A DNA stretch of 64,000 nt from Sphaerodactylus townsendi (Eukaryota): contig NC_059429.1 in assembly GCF_021028975.2 (NCBI RefSeq), positions 81,530,001 through 81,594,000 on the forward strand. Reading direction: 5' to 3'. The first letter of the stretch is position 1; every line of letters starts with the position of its first letter. This document shows, in pieces, positions 1-12,890 of this stretch. Under the pieces are notes generated by a model. That model had not been told where the DNA came from. It did not search any database and was given only the letters and a program-made list of their open reading frames with translations. Made by a program: the position numbers and the translations under genes.

Positions 1-2250
1 ACCTACCATTCCTCGAGGGTCAAGAAGCCAGCAGAGCCTGTTAGAGGCGCCTGCCCCAGGGTTTCAAGAACTCCTGTTATCTTGGTCAAGTCAGCCACCG
101 AGATCTGCGTGAGTGGCCAGACCGATTGTAGCTGTCCTGCTGTGCATGTTGATGACCTCTTCTGGCAGCCGAGTGCAAAGGAGTGCCATGCTGCATCAGC
201 TTCTCTTCTGAATTTTCCATGATCGCGGGCTATCGGTCTCCAAGAAGAAAGCCCAGTTGGTTCAACAGAAGGTTCGCTTTAGTCATGATTCCGCAACGGC
301 AGAGATCCTGGCACCTGGAGCGAAGTTGAAGCCATCAACAGGCTCCCAATCCCAGTGACTCCTGCCGAACTGCACTTTCTTGGCTTGGCCGCTTTTTTGC
401 AGATTGTAGATTTGGGACTATAAAAACATTACAAAATCTCTCTATAAGATCCTGATGACAGCAGACCACCAACGACTTCCCTATTTACCCGAGCCCGCAG
501 AAGTCAGATGCTGGGTAACCCAACTGAAGGCCAGACTGATAAAAAAGCTCCAGCCTTCACTTCGACCAGGAGAAGGGCCCACCTTACATCGGCTGACGGG
601 CCACTGAAAGCTGATGGTCAAGGAATAGCCCAGGTAACCTGACTCAGCCTTCTCCATGGGACCTCGGGTGATTGCCTACTTCAACAAGCCAGATAACACA
701 GCCTCTGACTGGCCCGCTTGTTTACAGGCAGTGGTGGCAGCGTGCAGCCCTTGCTGGCCCAAGAAGCCTGTAGAAGTTTACCTTGGAGGGTCTATCAGAT
801 CCTCTTAACACTCCATCAGAACCATTCTGAAGTGCGAACCAGTTTACAATCCGCGTCTTCTTGATGAAATACCAAATACCTCTCTTCTTGGATTACCCAG
901 AAGTCTGCCATTGAGTAACTTGACGCAAATAATCCAACTACTTTCCTTCACCCTCTTTGAAGCAGGTCCCGATGACACCATGAAAGATGTTCTTCACAGA
1001 CACACTTGTGTGTCAGCCATTGACTACCAGACAAAAGCCAGACCAGACTCCAAGATGTTCCTTATGATATTCAGAGACTTTACACCGATGGCTCCATTCT
1101 TTCATGATGACGGCTCCCGCCACAAGATGCATGAGTAGTAAATAAAATGGGCATACGGTCAAGTGCTGCCCTTCCTGCCAGCTGCTCAGCTCAACGCCGA
1201 AGCTCGAAGCCATGTTACAAGCCCTCAAAGTCTCTAAGGAAAGTCACTATCTACACAGACAACAAGTATGTCTGAGAGGTCCTGCAGGCCTTTGCCAACC
1301 TCTTCTGGCGAGAAAAAAAGACTTCTAGGATCAAATGATTCCCATCCAAGGTGCTGCTGCAGTCTCCCAACTCTTGGAAGATGTAAAACCTCCAAAGCTG
1401 CTATCCATCGCCCATTGCAAGGGGACACCAAAAGAGAGACACTCTAGTGGCCAGAAGAATCGAGCCGCTGACTTGAAAATGCTTTAAGCAGCTCCTCCTG
1501 CTCCCTCTCAGCCGATGACTCGTGTTGTGGCAACAGTCATCTCCTTCCTGATGATGCCCCTGTCTATACAGAAGCTGAGGAAATGTCGTTCCTTGGGATA
1601 TGTAAACAGCGAGGCCGCATAAATGCTTGGCTCATTCATCCTGACACCCGACGCCACTGATTCCAGATGCCTCAAACGTTCCATCTGTCAACAGTTACAC
1701 ACGCAGTTCCATCTTGAGAAGACAAACTGATTGAACTATGGAAACAGTACTTCCAGAGTCAAAGTCCTGTTCGCCTTTGTTGCAATCTTTATATTGTTCA
1801 AATGTGTCAAACTTTGTCAACAGGTCAACCCAGCCTACAATCATCCACACCCCAAGCACTCCCCATTGTCTTGTCCATCATCTGCCTCTACACCCCTCGA
1901 GAAAAAACTTTAAATTCTTCCATTTGAACGCGCAGGTTCAGTGCAGGACCTTGGCCCTTAAAGGCACCTGGCACCCAGAAAGGCGAACTAAAAAAATTGG
2001 GGAGGGTATTCCAGAAAAAGAATGGCTTGCGTCTTTGTTTCTGCCCCTCGGCCCCTTGCCCCCCCCCGCAGGAACGCGCTCCTTCAACTTAGACGTCCAC
2101 TTCATAATATCGAAAGCCTGGTGGATTGGGTGGTCACCCAAGGGTTCCAGAGTTCGAGAATTGGACCGTATGCCTCTGTTAGACGAGTATCCAGTCAAAG
2201 ATCTCCAGGTTCCTCTTCAAGCGTCAGCCTCCTACAGTTCCTGCTCCTGA
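1..2250 (+). mobile_element. pol: Degenerate class I (gamma/epsilon-like) endogenous retrovirus pol: RT, RNase H and partial integrase; runs off the left edge
   Basis: Frameshifted motifs in retroviral order: HVDDL (YVDD variant) ~145-160; GYRVSKKKAQLVQQKVRF ~228-280; FLGLA.FCR ~376-405; RNase H VTIYTDNKY ~1243-1270 and AHCKG ~1408-1425; IN zinc finger LHTQFH...CVKLCQQVNP ~1695-1833; IN C-terminal PG-DWVV...GPY ~2117-2172. The IN catalytic core appears deleted. Confidence 0.93.
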
Positions 2251-2814
2251 AAGTCCTGAGACAGCACCCTGGGTCAGCTCGAGGCTAACAACTGCATCCC
2301 TCTCTGAAGTTTCTGCACCTGACCAAGTCTCTGAGACAGCACTCTTAGGCCGCTCCAGGTGAATCCTCGTGACCAGCCCCCAGCATCCCTGACTCTTCTA
2401 AGATCCCTGAGGGGCAGCACCCAGGCTGCTCAGGTGAACGACTCATCAGCTGAAAAGACTGAACTCCTATGACCTGGGAGGCAGTCCCTATCCAGAACTC
2501 ACACTTGATACCTTTCATGATCCTGGCCCAAGGGGGGGGGGATGTTGTTATTTAGTAGTGTTCACGAGACAACCCCATCCCAGTGTTTCTAAATATCGGG
2601 TATTCCCCCCCATTTCCCACAACCTGCCTCTGTGGTGCCCCCAAACAGAATTCCAGCAAACATTGATCTAAGTTCTGTGCTTAATTTGCACCCCTAGGAA
2701 GCTCCCGGTTCTGGATCCCAGTGTGCTTAGGGGAGACATTGCCCTTGGTCTAGTCACTTCTTAGTGCCCTCGGCAGTGCCAAGTTTGTCATGATGACTCA
2801 CATTTGGAATTCAG

Positions 2815-3160
2815 ATCCCACTCTAGCTCTTAATTTTCTCCTCTATGCGACTGAAAGCAGCTGCCTAAGGCAAGTTTAACCTGTCCAATTTGCTGCCTGC
2901 AGATTGATGACCATGGTAAGGCTATTGAGGAGATCACTGACCGCATAAAGAAACTGGCTCCATGTTCCAGTCCTTGGACTGAGTGTTGTTCAAGATACTG
3001 GGGGGCTAGGAGGTTTCTTGGAGGTCTCTGTTCTCAGCAGATTGATAAAAAAAAAAAAAAAGATTGCATTTATTGTCTTATGGCCGCAGGGGGCTGGTTT
3101 TCTGTGTTGTCCCCTGTCTGGATTCCCTGTTTCACTCGTCTCATCTCTAGGGTTAAAAAA
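2815..3160 (+). pseudogene. env: ERV env transmembrane (TM) subunit remnant, ERV3/HERV-R-like
   Basis: Reading through single-base indels: LALNFLL (immunosuppressive domain)...[34 protein letters not shown], then a membrane-anchor/tail-like IPCFTRLISRV. This matches the GKFNLxNCCLxxDDxGKxIxEIT...KLAHxPV signature of ERV3-type env TM. Confidence 0.88.
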
Positions 3161-3353
3161 AAAAAAAAAGATGCAGCTGCATCAGATACCCCCACCTCAG
3201 CCATCTCCAAAACCTGCGGTTCCAGCTATGGCTCTCAGAAGAGTCCAAGAGGAGTCCTTCCCAAGCCTCCCTCTCTCATTCTGGATACTCATTCCTTAAC
3301 TCCGCCCAGCTCTGTGGAGTTCACTTAAATCCAGAGAGTCCTTGAGGGGGAAT

Positions 3354-3953
3354 TGTAAGGTGAACTCCCAAAATTGTGATTTTTTTTGAAGGCCTCTGCT
3401 GTTTAGCGAAACCTACAGAGAGAAAAAAATCCTTTGAAAAGCATTTATATTTTCTGAAAAGCATTTTTTTGCAAACATGCTAAGATGCCCTGACCCGCGA
3501 AACTTCTTGCCTTGGTGAGACCAGAAGCTTATCTATATCCTGTACTTAGAGGTGTCAAACCAATGAGGGTTTCCTTCTTAGAAATACTCTTTACCGTTGT
3601 GTTCTTTGTGATTCTCAGAAGAAGCCACCTGCTCTCTTCTCCTCCTGACCCTCCCAGAGAACTTTGTTTCATGGTTATTTGTGACATGTATAGCTAGAGC
3701 CAACCACGATACCGAACAGCATCCAAACTCTAGACAAGACATAGACAGGAAGAAAGAGGAGGTGAAATACTAATTAGCCAATCATTAATTTAAAGCTGCT
3801 TGTTGACGTATCATTATAAAAATGAATGTATCGCTTGCAAAATTGGTCCTGGACCCAACTAGATCTAGTTGTAAGAGCTCTGGTAATAAACTTTCACTGA
3901 TTTTTCAACCATTTGCCTTTTTGCAACTGAATCGCGTGGTCTTGTGACTGACA
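3354..3953 (+). mobile_element. 3' LTR of the ERV
   Basis: Polypurine tract GAGGGGGAA (3344-3352) just before TGTAAGG; TATAAAA at 3815; AATAAA at 3885-3890; ends ...TGACA at 3953. Confidence 0.8.
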
Positions 3954-6900
3954 CTCAAGGGGCAGAGTTGTCAAATCCAGTGCTTGTTCAGCTGGTAAAC
4001 AGCAGCTGTGGAACAGCTGTGAAGGGAAGGGGGTCAGATGAGGACTGCTGCATAAGTGGGATGTGAGTTAACTCTCCCCCACAGCGCTCTTTTCAAACTT
4101 AACATGACCCCTTTTTGGAAACAGGCCATGGGTGAATTTGGTCAGAGTACAGTGCTCATTGCAAATGTTCATTGTGTGGTCTGCAAAAGTACTTTATTTT
4201 ATTTTCAATCTCTCGGGTACATTTTAAAACTTTCCAACATCTAACCTGTTGATGCTCAGAATTAGCTCGGAATAAAAGAGCGCGAAGCTGAGAACTACAA
4301 GAAATATCTCGGAACAGCCCAGAGGAAGAGGAGTGATAAGCATAACATGAAGTCAGAAACAAGGTCGCCATTGATAGATCTCTCTCCAAGGTTGATGAAA
4401 CAGCAAGGAGATGCAGCGTGTTCTTCCTATTGATCTATCAAAGGCTGTTTTACAGAGAGAGGATTATCCACTTCTGATAACATATCAAGGTTGCCACTGA
4501 TGAAAATCAATAGGTTTAGGCTGCCTGGCCTTCATTTAATTAGATACCACTGTAAATACTAAGAAAGGACACATTTGCCATTATTAACTTAGAGCAGTGT
4601 TCCTTTCTCACAGTTTCACTGAATCTTTTTCAGTTATCACAACAAATGGATTTAAAGCAGACTAATCTTGCCACTTTGCTGTAAAAGATAAGTGTATTTC
4701 TCTAGTCGTTGTTTCACAAGAACAACATTATTATGCAATCCAATTAGCTTAAAACTAACAAAGTGTGAAATAAACACATGAAAGCTTCATCTCCCATTTA
4801 AAGAAAAATATAACATTCCAGCTCATGGGTGGCAAATAAAGCCTAGAAATATGTTAAGTGCAGCAGAACACCCTCGACAGCAAGCCTAGAACTCACATGC
4901 AGAAAACCTTCATTTTGTTAAGCCTCAGCAGAGAAGCTGCATTTTTGTCTTAAACGAAGCATGGCTAATGTTTCCTGTTCCTGCACAAAATATATCAAGT
5001 TGAACTTTGGTGTGAAAAGGTATGGAAGGCCCTTTAATTTTTAGGGGATGTTTGGTAACTAAGACTTCATTTTTGTGTTGCAAAGTCCTTCTACACAGTC
5101 TCTGCGGAACAGTATAAGAACTTTGCATCATATGTGCAATGGGAGTGTTATGCCTCCCACACCAGCTCTTTTCTGCTTGCAACCAAAGCGGGGTGGTTGG
5201 GTGGGGGGTGGGGTGGGATTAGCTATATGCTGATTTCTCTCCTATGATATATCTCTCCTACACTGATTTCATGCCTGCCAACCAACCCCTGGATATACTA
5301 TTGGCTCTGTTGTAAAAATCAGCTGTACATAAAATTCACAACAGATTTAGTAGCAACTTCTTGGGGACGTTTGCAAAAATGAAAACAGTTAAATGAGGTT
5401 AAAGCTGTTTCTCTCTTCAGAATGCGGTAAACACGGAAAGAAGCAGGGGAGGCACAAAACTTCCATTGCACAAGGGCCGAAGGGTTACTTTTCTTAAGTA
5501 CATGAGGAAAAGATATAGCAGTTGCACAAGGAAAATAGCAAAAGAGTGGCAAGAGAGTTGCAGTGGCAGTAGCTTCAGTGTTAAATAGGAAAGAGTAGGT
5601 AAGGTTGTTACAGCAAAGGAGATATTTTATTTATTATTTATTTATTAACCACCTTTCTTCCTTGCAGAATCTCAGGATTCTTATAACATAAATAAAACAT
5701 AATGAAAAACACAATAAAAACAACAATGATAAAACCCATAAAAGTCACAGGTTAAACAAGAAGCCTGCTGCTTGTTACTAAAGAAGTTTTGTTTCTAAAG
5801 CCATTGCAGAGTCATCATTTATATGAAGCCATGTTTCTGAGATCTGGAGCTATGACACTTTGCCCCCAACTCCAAAATGTTAGGACCAGGCCTGTTTCTA
5901 CCCACACAGTAGAATCCAGCAGATGCAGTTTTTAAAACAACTTATGCTAGAGTCGCCCTGATGATACCCCGGCTACTTTTTTTGTTTTGTCTGATTTGAC
6001 ATTTGAAAAACTCCTGGCACTCTTCTGCTACCATAACTCAGGCTGGTTGTTAGTTTAAAAACAGCAAGATCTGGTACATTCTGACAGCAAATTCATTCCC
6101 AAGCTCAGTTATCATTTCTGTGGGAGCATTTGGGCTTTAGGCATTGGCTATGATCAGAGAGTCCAACTGAAATGAACAGTTTGTTTTAAAAGGCTCCTTC
6201 TAACATGTTGTAGGCAGCAACCATGAGTCTAGATGAAATTGATTCAAGGCCTCAGCCAATATCCTTTTTGGTGGGGGCAAAGACATACTGATTCCTGTGG
6301 CATAAGAGGTACATAAATTTTCTTTAGAATGCACAGACACATGTTTAGTTCATTGTTGAGCTAGAAAAGCTGACTAGCCTCTGGAATTTTTCAGCTGCTT
6401 GTCTATTTCTTCAAATAGATTGTAGTCCATCTGTAGATCTGCACGAATCTCTCGAGCATGAGTCTTCAAGACACAGCTGTTAAAGGTTGTAGCATGAATG
6501 GTGCTCAGCTAGCATTGTGAAGAGCCAAATCCCCAGGGAGCTGCTCATATCCAGCTCAGGGAGCATGTCAAGTTATTGTTTCCGATAAATGTTGCCAGCC
6601 TGGGTGGGTTCCAAGGCAACCAGGAGCACAGTGTGTGAAACAACTCCTAAAGGATTTGGCACTTTACAGGCTGACTGCATCTGTCTGAAAGTACCCTGAG
6701 AAAATGAATGTACATGGCCATGTACCACATTACCAACTGTTGACTCTGTTTTCACCAACATAAATGCAAGCCAAATTCCTAGTTTCCCAGCTATAGATAA
6801 GTTATGTTTTTCACAAGTGAAATGTGATGATTAATTCATCTATGCAAAAACCACCTGACAGAATGTAAAGTTGTAAGTAGAGACCTTAGACCACTGGATA

Positions 6901-8274
6901 AATACAGTGAGGCCTAATGAGACCACCACAAATGAGACCACCACATATTTTTTTGTATGGCATCTTCTTCATCTAGCCAACTACAACTTTGCCAACAATG
7001 TTATAGACAATTAAAAGCCTGATCACCAGCTGATTTCCTTCTCCATCTAACTCTAGTATCTTTAAGAGTTGCCGTTTGGTTCTGATAAAATCTGCAGAAA
7101 CAAAAGAATGCTTGCTTGCAATGCTCCTTTTCTCTCACATCAAGTATGCCATATGATTGTACCGGTAATTTGTTTGCAATGTCCAGATTTTCTCACAACA
7201 AGATTATCTTTTGATTTTCTTGAAGACTTGATCATGAACTGCATTGCAAATAGTTTTCCGTCTGCATGCTGGAAGCACTTTGTATGGTATTTCTTTCTTG
7301 TCCTTTTCATAGCCAAGCTCCTTTCCTTGTGTGATGATGGTTGTTGTTGGATATATCCCAAAGAGAAATACTTCAATAGCTAAGGAAAACTTATTCCATG
7401 TTAGTTCAAAATGTTCAACTCATTAAGTTTCAAGGTTTATTCCTCCTAAATAATACACAGACAGAATTCATCCCAAATATTCGAGGTGATGTTGACTAAA
7501 GCTTTCCAGCTATTGAACCCCTTGCAGCCCAATCCGGGGGGTGGTTGGGTGGGAGGAATCACCATTTGGATTCATTTTTACCACCTCTGTCATGTAAGGG
7601 GCACCCCCACTGGCAGAGAGGGCAAAAGCACCAGTGACCAGGCACCCATGGCAGCAAAACCTAGAAGTGGGTGCCACTGTGGTGCAATGCTGGCAACCAG
7701 TTGGACACAGATGTGGGGGCGGGAGAGCTGTGGTGTTCCCAAGGTTGGAGCTGACTTTAGTTAGCTTTCATCTAGATTTTAGGGTCAGGACCCTTTGGGA
7801 TGGCATGACTTTCAGGCTGCCAAGTTTTTTTTCTTTCAGCTGCCTCCCCAGGCTGCCTGGAAACCCTCTGGAGGCAACAAGGCGATGTGGCAGCAGCACC
7901 ATCTCTGGCTGCCTCAGGCTTTAGATTGAGCTGCCCATCAATTTCCATTCTGTTCTCTGTTTGATCATGATCACTGGTAGTTGATTAGTTTGGAGGAACA
8001 CAGCTTCTAAATTGAAAGTCTAGGAATTTGAAATGAAATTAGTCAAAGATTTTTTTTAGCCATGGTGGTATGCACATTCTAGAAATATAAATATTTTTGA
8101 AAGTAAATTTTCCTGATTGTGGAGAGTTTATCGCTAAAGGAGAAAGCCTAATTTGATTTTCCCCACCCCTGACAGAAAAGTGAAGAGCTGGGGCAAAGAT
8201 TGCAAAAATGCATATGCCCAAATTATTCCCTGTCCAGATAGTTCACATGCTTTTTCTTTCTTTCCCTCTGTCTG

Positions 8275-9815
8275 TCTGTTTATTTATTTATTAGATTTCT
8301 AAGCCACCCATTCCCACAAAGGGCTCAGGGCAGCATACAACCAATAAAACAATATTAAAATACAATTAAAACATAAAACCATAAAATCAGCAATACAGTA
8401 ACAACCCGATGTTCAAAGATGGCAACCTCCCTACACAGACCCATGGGAGACCTAAGTATAATATAATTATTCATCCTGGCTGGCCAGATGGAAAATCCTG
8501 GTAGAACAGCTCTGTATCACAGATCCTGCAGAACTCATTTGGATCACGCAGGGCCCTGATTTCATAGGGAGCTTGTTCCACCAGGTAGGGGCCAGGACCA
8601 AAAAGGCCATTGAGGCCAGTCAGACATCTTTTGGGCCAGGAATTTCCAGAATGTTCACCTCCAAAGATCGGAGGGACCTAATTGGGCAATATGGAGAGAG
8701 GCGGTCCCTCAGATATGTGGGTCCAAGACCGCTCATGGGCTTAAAGGTTAAGACCAAAACCTTGAAAATGGCCTGGTACTCAATCAGCAGCCAATGCAGT
8801 TGATGAAGGACCAGAGTAATATGGTCCCTGCTCGAGACCCCAGCTAGGAGTCGAGCAGTTGCAAGCTGCATGAGCTTCACTTTCTGGACCAAATTAAGGG
8901 GTAGGCCCACATAGAGTGATTTACAATAATCCAGCTTAGAGGTGATCATTGCATGGATTACTGTGGCAAGGTCAGAAATAGAGAGATATGGGGCCAACTG
9001 ACAAGCCTGCTGAAAGTGGTATAAGGCCGTCTGGGCGGTTCTAGAAATCTGGGCTTCTAAGGACAACTTGGAGTCCAGAATCATGCCCAGACTGTGCACT
9101 GATTAGGATAGCTGTAATCCCTCACCAGCTAAAGCAGGCAATCAAAAGCTGACCGGCATCTCCCCGTGACCAACCCACAGAACCTCCATCTTCGCTGGAT
9201 TCAATTTCAGGCTGCTCGCTCTCAACCAACCAGCCACGGCCTCAAAACAGTACTGAAGAGTCTCGGGGGCTGAGTGTGGGTGGCCCCCTGTCATCAAAAC
9301 TAGCTGGGTATCATCTGCATACTGATGACACCACAGCCTGAAGCCCCAGACCAGCACAGCCAGGGAGCACATATAGATATTAAAGAGTATCAGGGAGAGG
9401 ATTGCCCCCTGTGGCACCCCAAAATCTGCGGAGTGCTGATGGGAGCTCTCCTTCCCTAACATTACTTGCAGCCCCCTGTTCCATAGGAACAAATTTTATC
9501 AGCATAAAGCTGTTCCTCGTATCCCAGCCTCCACAAGATTGTGGACCAACAGGTCATGATCAATAGTGTCCAATGCTGCAGTGAGGCCAAGAAGCACCAA
9601 CAGTGCCTCCCCACCTCGGTTAAGCTGGAGCCAGAGCTCGTCAATGATGGTGAGCAAGACCGTCTCGGTCCCATGACCAGCATGGAAACCAGTCTGGAAG
9701 GGATCCCACACCTTGGCATCATCCAGAAATTCCTGTAGCAGCTCAGCCACCACTTTCTCAATTATGCTAGATGTGAAACCGGCCAATAATTGGCCAGATC
9801 TAAAGGATCTAAATT
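8275..9815 (-). mobile_element. 5'-truncated L2-clade LINE (RT and 3' tail), frameshifted
   Basis: ORF pieces DPFQTGFHAGHGTETVL, AALDTIDH, GVPQGAILS, CHQYADDTQL, LKLNPAK, SKLDYCKSLY; 3' tail seen as (TTTA)n on the plus strand at ~8278-8292. Confidence 0.93.
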
Positions 9816-9905
9816 TGGTCTCTTCAGAAGAGGGCGGACCACTGCCTCTTTCAGCCAAAGCATCTATTTGTAATACAATTTAGAACATTTGTGAAAAAGT
9901 AACCA

Positions 9906-9909
<4 letters not shown>

Positions 9910-9963
<54 letters not shown>
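9910..9963. repeat. (TG)n microsatellite
   Basis: Uninterrupted TG run of about 27 units. Confidence 0.99.
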
Positions 9964-9964
<1 letters not shown>

Positions 9965-11188
9965 CAAGTGTACTCCTGGTGTCAAATTGTGATTCAAGCA
10001 AATGCACAGCTCATCATTGGTGTTTAGCTAATGTTGCTGAGAATTCATTAGAGATCTCTGCCCTCCATATGAATACTAAATAGAACATTTAAACTGCTTC
10101 CTGAGGGGAGCGAATAGTGGTTCCCTCCCTCCAGGTTTGCCCTAAGTCAGCACACTATGTGGTTTCAACCAGCCAGCCATTATTTACAGCTAGAATATCT
10201 CCCAAGAACACAAGACAATGAATTCAGATCACTGCCATGGAAACTGGCAAGGAACAAGTGGCCGGCACAAGCAGCATTCAGTCTTTATGCTTTGGACGCC
10301 CAACTGAATTCCCAGGTGGATGAGATTCTCATAAGGCTTGTAAGCTGCACTGCTGAAAATGCCTTCTCTGGGGCACATATGGTACAGTTTGTGTCATTCA
10401 GTCATGACACATACTGTCATTCATGTTTGTGCCAAGCAGAAAGTATATGTTGTCTGCAATTTGTTCGCCTTCATACCACTAGATCATGCCTGACAGGCAA
10501 ATATCACTGAAAGGGATTCTTTTCAGTGGGCTGTGACAAATCTTGAAAGACAAGGGACAACTGGGTTACGTAAGGATAACTGATAACCTCTGAAGGGCTA
10601 ATCTGAAAACCAACAGAGGTTATTGAGCCAATCATGCTGTATTTGTTAATATGCTTTAGCTCCGTGGTTGCTTTTTAGGAATATCAATTTATGAGAGGAA
10701 ATGATGTGGTGGCAGTGACAGTGTGATATGATCAGTTAAATCTCAAAGGCGATGTAATAAATTCCTACACAAATGTATCCAAACAATACCAGATACATCT
10801 GCATTATTTAAGGGGGTTGTTATCATAGTCTCATGCACAAGATTATTGTCTTTTATGCTAAAACCAGACCCCAATCCTCACTGTCCACAGCTTTCCTGTA
10901 TAACAGCTTAAACATGACTAGCATGTTAACCCTTAACCTTCTCTTCCAGTTTGTTGCTAGATGGCCATATGTTCATCTTTGAAATCTGCCTGGAGTCTTC
11001 ATTATCAGCACTTAAGTATCAGGCAAAAATGTTTTGTTTCACCATGCTTTGACCCTGAACCTTTCCTGTCTTGTATTCTGCTTTTTGGTTTATGCCAAAC
11101 TGTTTGTCCCTGAAGTCACTTTGAAAACATTCCCTCCTTGCTGTGCAGACAGCAGGAAATGTTTTATTTTTCCCACCCAACTTGTGAC

Positions 11189-11624
11189 AGCTCTCACTTT
11201 CAGTTTGTGCAGCTCACACCCGTCATTTTCTATTGCTTAAGGCTTCTCTGTGCTGCCAGCCACTTGCAGAAGTTTCCCATGGATGTTTGCTCTGCTTACA
11301 GCTCATCTGCCTGCCATTTTCATTTGTAAAGTATATGAATAAAGTTAACTTTTACTGCCAATTCCACGCACGTGTCAGTTTCCCTTTTTAAAAATTTTCA
11401 GTGAGGTCTTCAAAGCTACGAAGACTCAGTATGAATCTAGTTCTCATTTGAATCAATTTGTCAAAACTAATTATATTCATGTACTTTTCAGATAGAAATA
11501 GTGGGCGGATGAGCTGCAAACAGCAAACATCCATGGAAACCTTCTGGAAATGGCAGGCGGTACAGAGAAGCCGGAAGGAGCAGAAAATGGTGGGCACTAG
11601 CTGCACAAACGGAAAGTGAGAGCT
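11189..11624. repeat. Old imperfect inverted repeat (foldback/MITE-like), ~150-bp arms with a ~130-bp spacer
   Basis: 11189-11341 is the approximate reverse complement of 11474-11624, e.g. agctctcactttcagtttgtgcagct / agctgcacaaacggaaagtgagagct and ccatggatgtttgct / agcaaacatccatgg. Confidence 0.85.
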
Positions 11625-12019
11625 GGGGGCGTGGGAGTGGACAAACAACTGTTTTACCTTGAACTCTTTTTTCCCCATGCTGTGCAGACAAAAAAAGCCA
11701 AATGGTTCTTTTTAAAACGTCTACAATGAGTTTTATTTGTGTTGTGCAGCATGGGCCTGTATTTGTTATTCATTTTGAAAATGTATGGTTTGACATTAAT
11801 ACTCTTTGACCATTGACTGGTTTGGGCAAATTCTTCTGGAAAATTAGGATATAAATATTTTAACATAAATGAAATACATTTTACCACATGTACAGATCTG
11901 CTGCCATAACAAATCAATAGCCAACACTGTGCAGTACAGGAACAGTCAATGGACGCAGATTCTGCTGAAGAGCCTCTTTCACTTTGCCTGATTTCAACCT
12001 GAAAAGATGCTCCTATTTG

Positions 12020-12310
12020 CAAAAAAGAAATAAATGGTGATTGGTACAGCAGCAGCTCAGCTGTAATTAATCACCATGCCAGCTCAACCCTGCATCGCCC
12101 TTGAATTCTCTTCAAGCTAATTGTAATTTTAATTTAATTTCACAAAAATGTTGACTAACTCATGAAGATGTCCCTAAGTGCAAAGGGGGCAGTGGCAGCA
12201 TTGGGAGCAAGTGGGCCTGGATTAATCATGCAGTCAACAAGGCATAAAAGCATACAACGCGTTTGTCAAGATTCTGTAAGCAAATTTACAGCTGGTTGAT
12301 GGATTGTTTT
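12020..12310. promoter_or_regulatory. Candidate conserved non-coding element/enhancer
   Basis: Non-repetitive block with clustered TAAT/TAATTA homeodomain cores, CAGCTG E-boxes and a PBX-HOX-type TGATGGATTG at 12297-12306. Conservation was not tested. Confidence 0.35.
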
Positions 12311-12890
12311 TTAATGTCCCCTTTTCCTCTTCTTCGAGGAACCCATATTATTTGTTGGTGCAAAGGGTACTATAGACAGGATTTTGGTTTATGATGTCCC
12401 AGCAAAGTCAGTTTATCATGACTGCCCACAGGATGCTTATTTTTACATTTTAGAGGAACAAGAGTCAAAGAAAACCCTGTTCATAAACTCCACAGGATTG
12501 GAGGGTCTTTGGGATATGTTTTGCCCTCTCTCAGACGCAGTAGCTTCAGTAGCAGGGATCTGAGGAAGTGTGGATGACTGAACGTGAACAAATTTCTTTT
12601 TCTCCTCCATTCTTATTTATATATTCTTAGCTCCTTTAAAATGTGCCAATATATGGCAACGCTACTTCTTAGTACACTGAGCAAGCAGATTTTAATACAA
12701 CTCAGCTAAGATCAGCTCTGGAGACCCTAATCAGTGTGCTCCCATTGAGCTGTCCTTTATTTGGTCTTGCCTAGTTCTGCTAACATGAAATCAGCTTTTG
12801 GAGAGTCAAAAACACAGATGCAACATGGCAGTTTAGGAGTAGAAGATGAACTTTGAACTGTAAACAATTTAATTTCAAGATATTTGGCAG

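Noticed and set aside
2543-3353. LTR starting after the first G tract
   Set aside because: This interval contains env TM coding remnants, so the true PPT/LTR junction is at 3344-3354.
6374-6508. Protein-like minus-strand frame LSTIHATTFNSC...EEIDKQLKNSRG*
   Set aside because: Weak acceptor, short, and no recognisable family.
7204-7379. Possible minus-strand terminal exon (ttttccttAG|..IEVFLFGIYP...KKIKR*)
   Set aside because: The acceptor is plausible, but I recognise no homologue and open frames of this length are expected by chance in 64 kb. tBLASTn would settle it.
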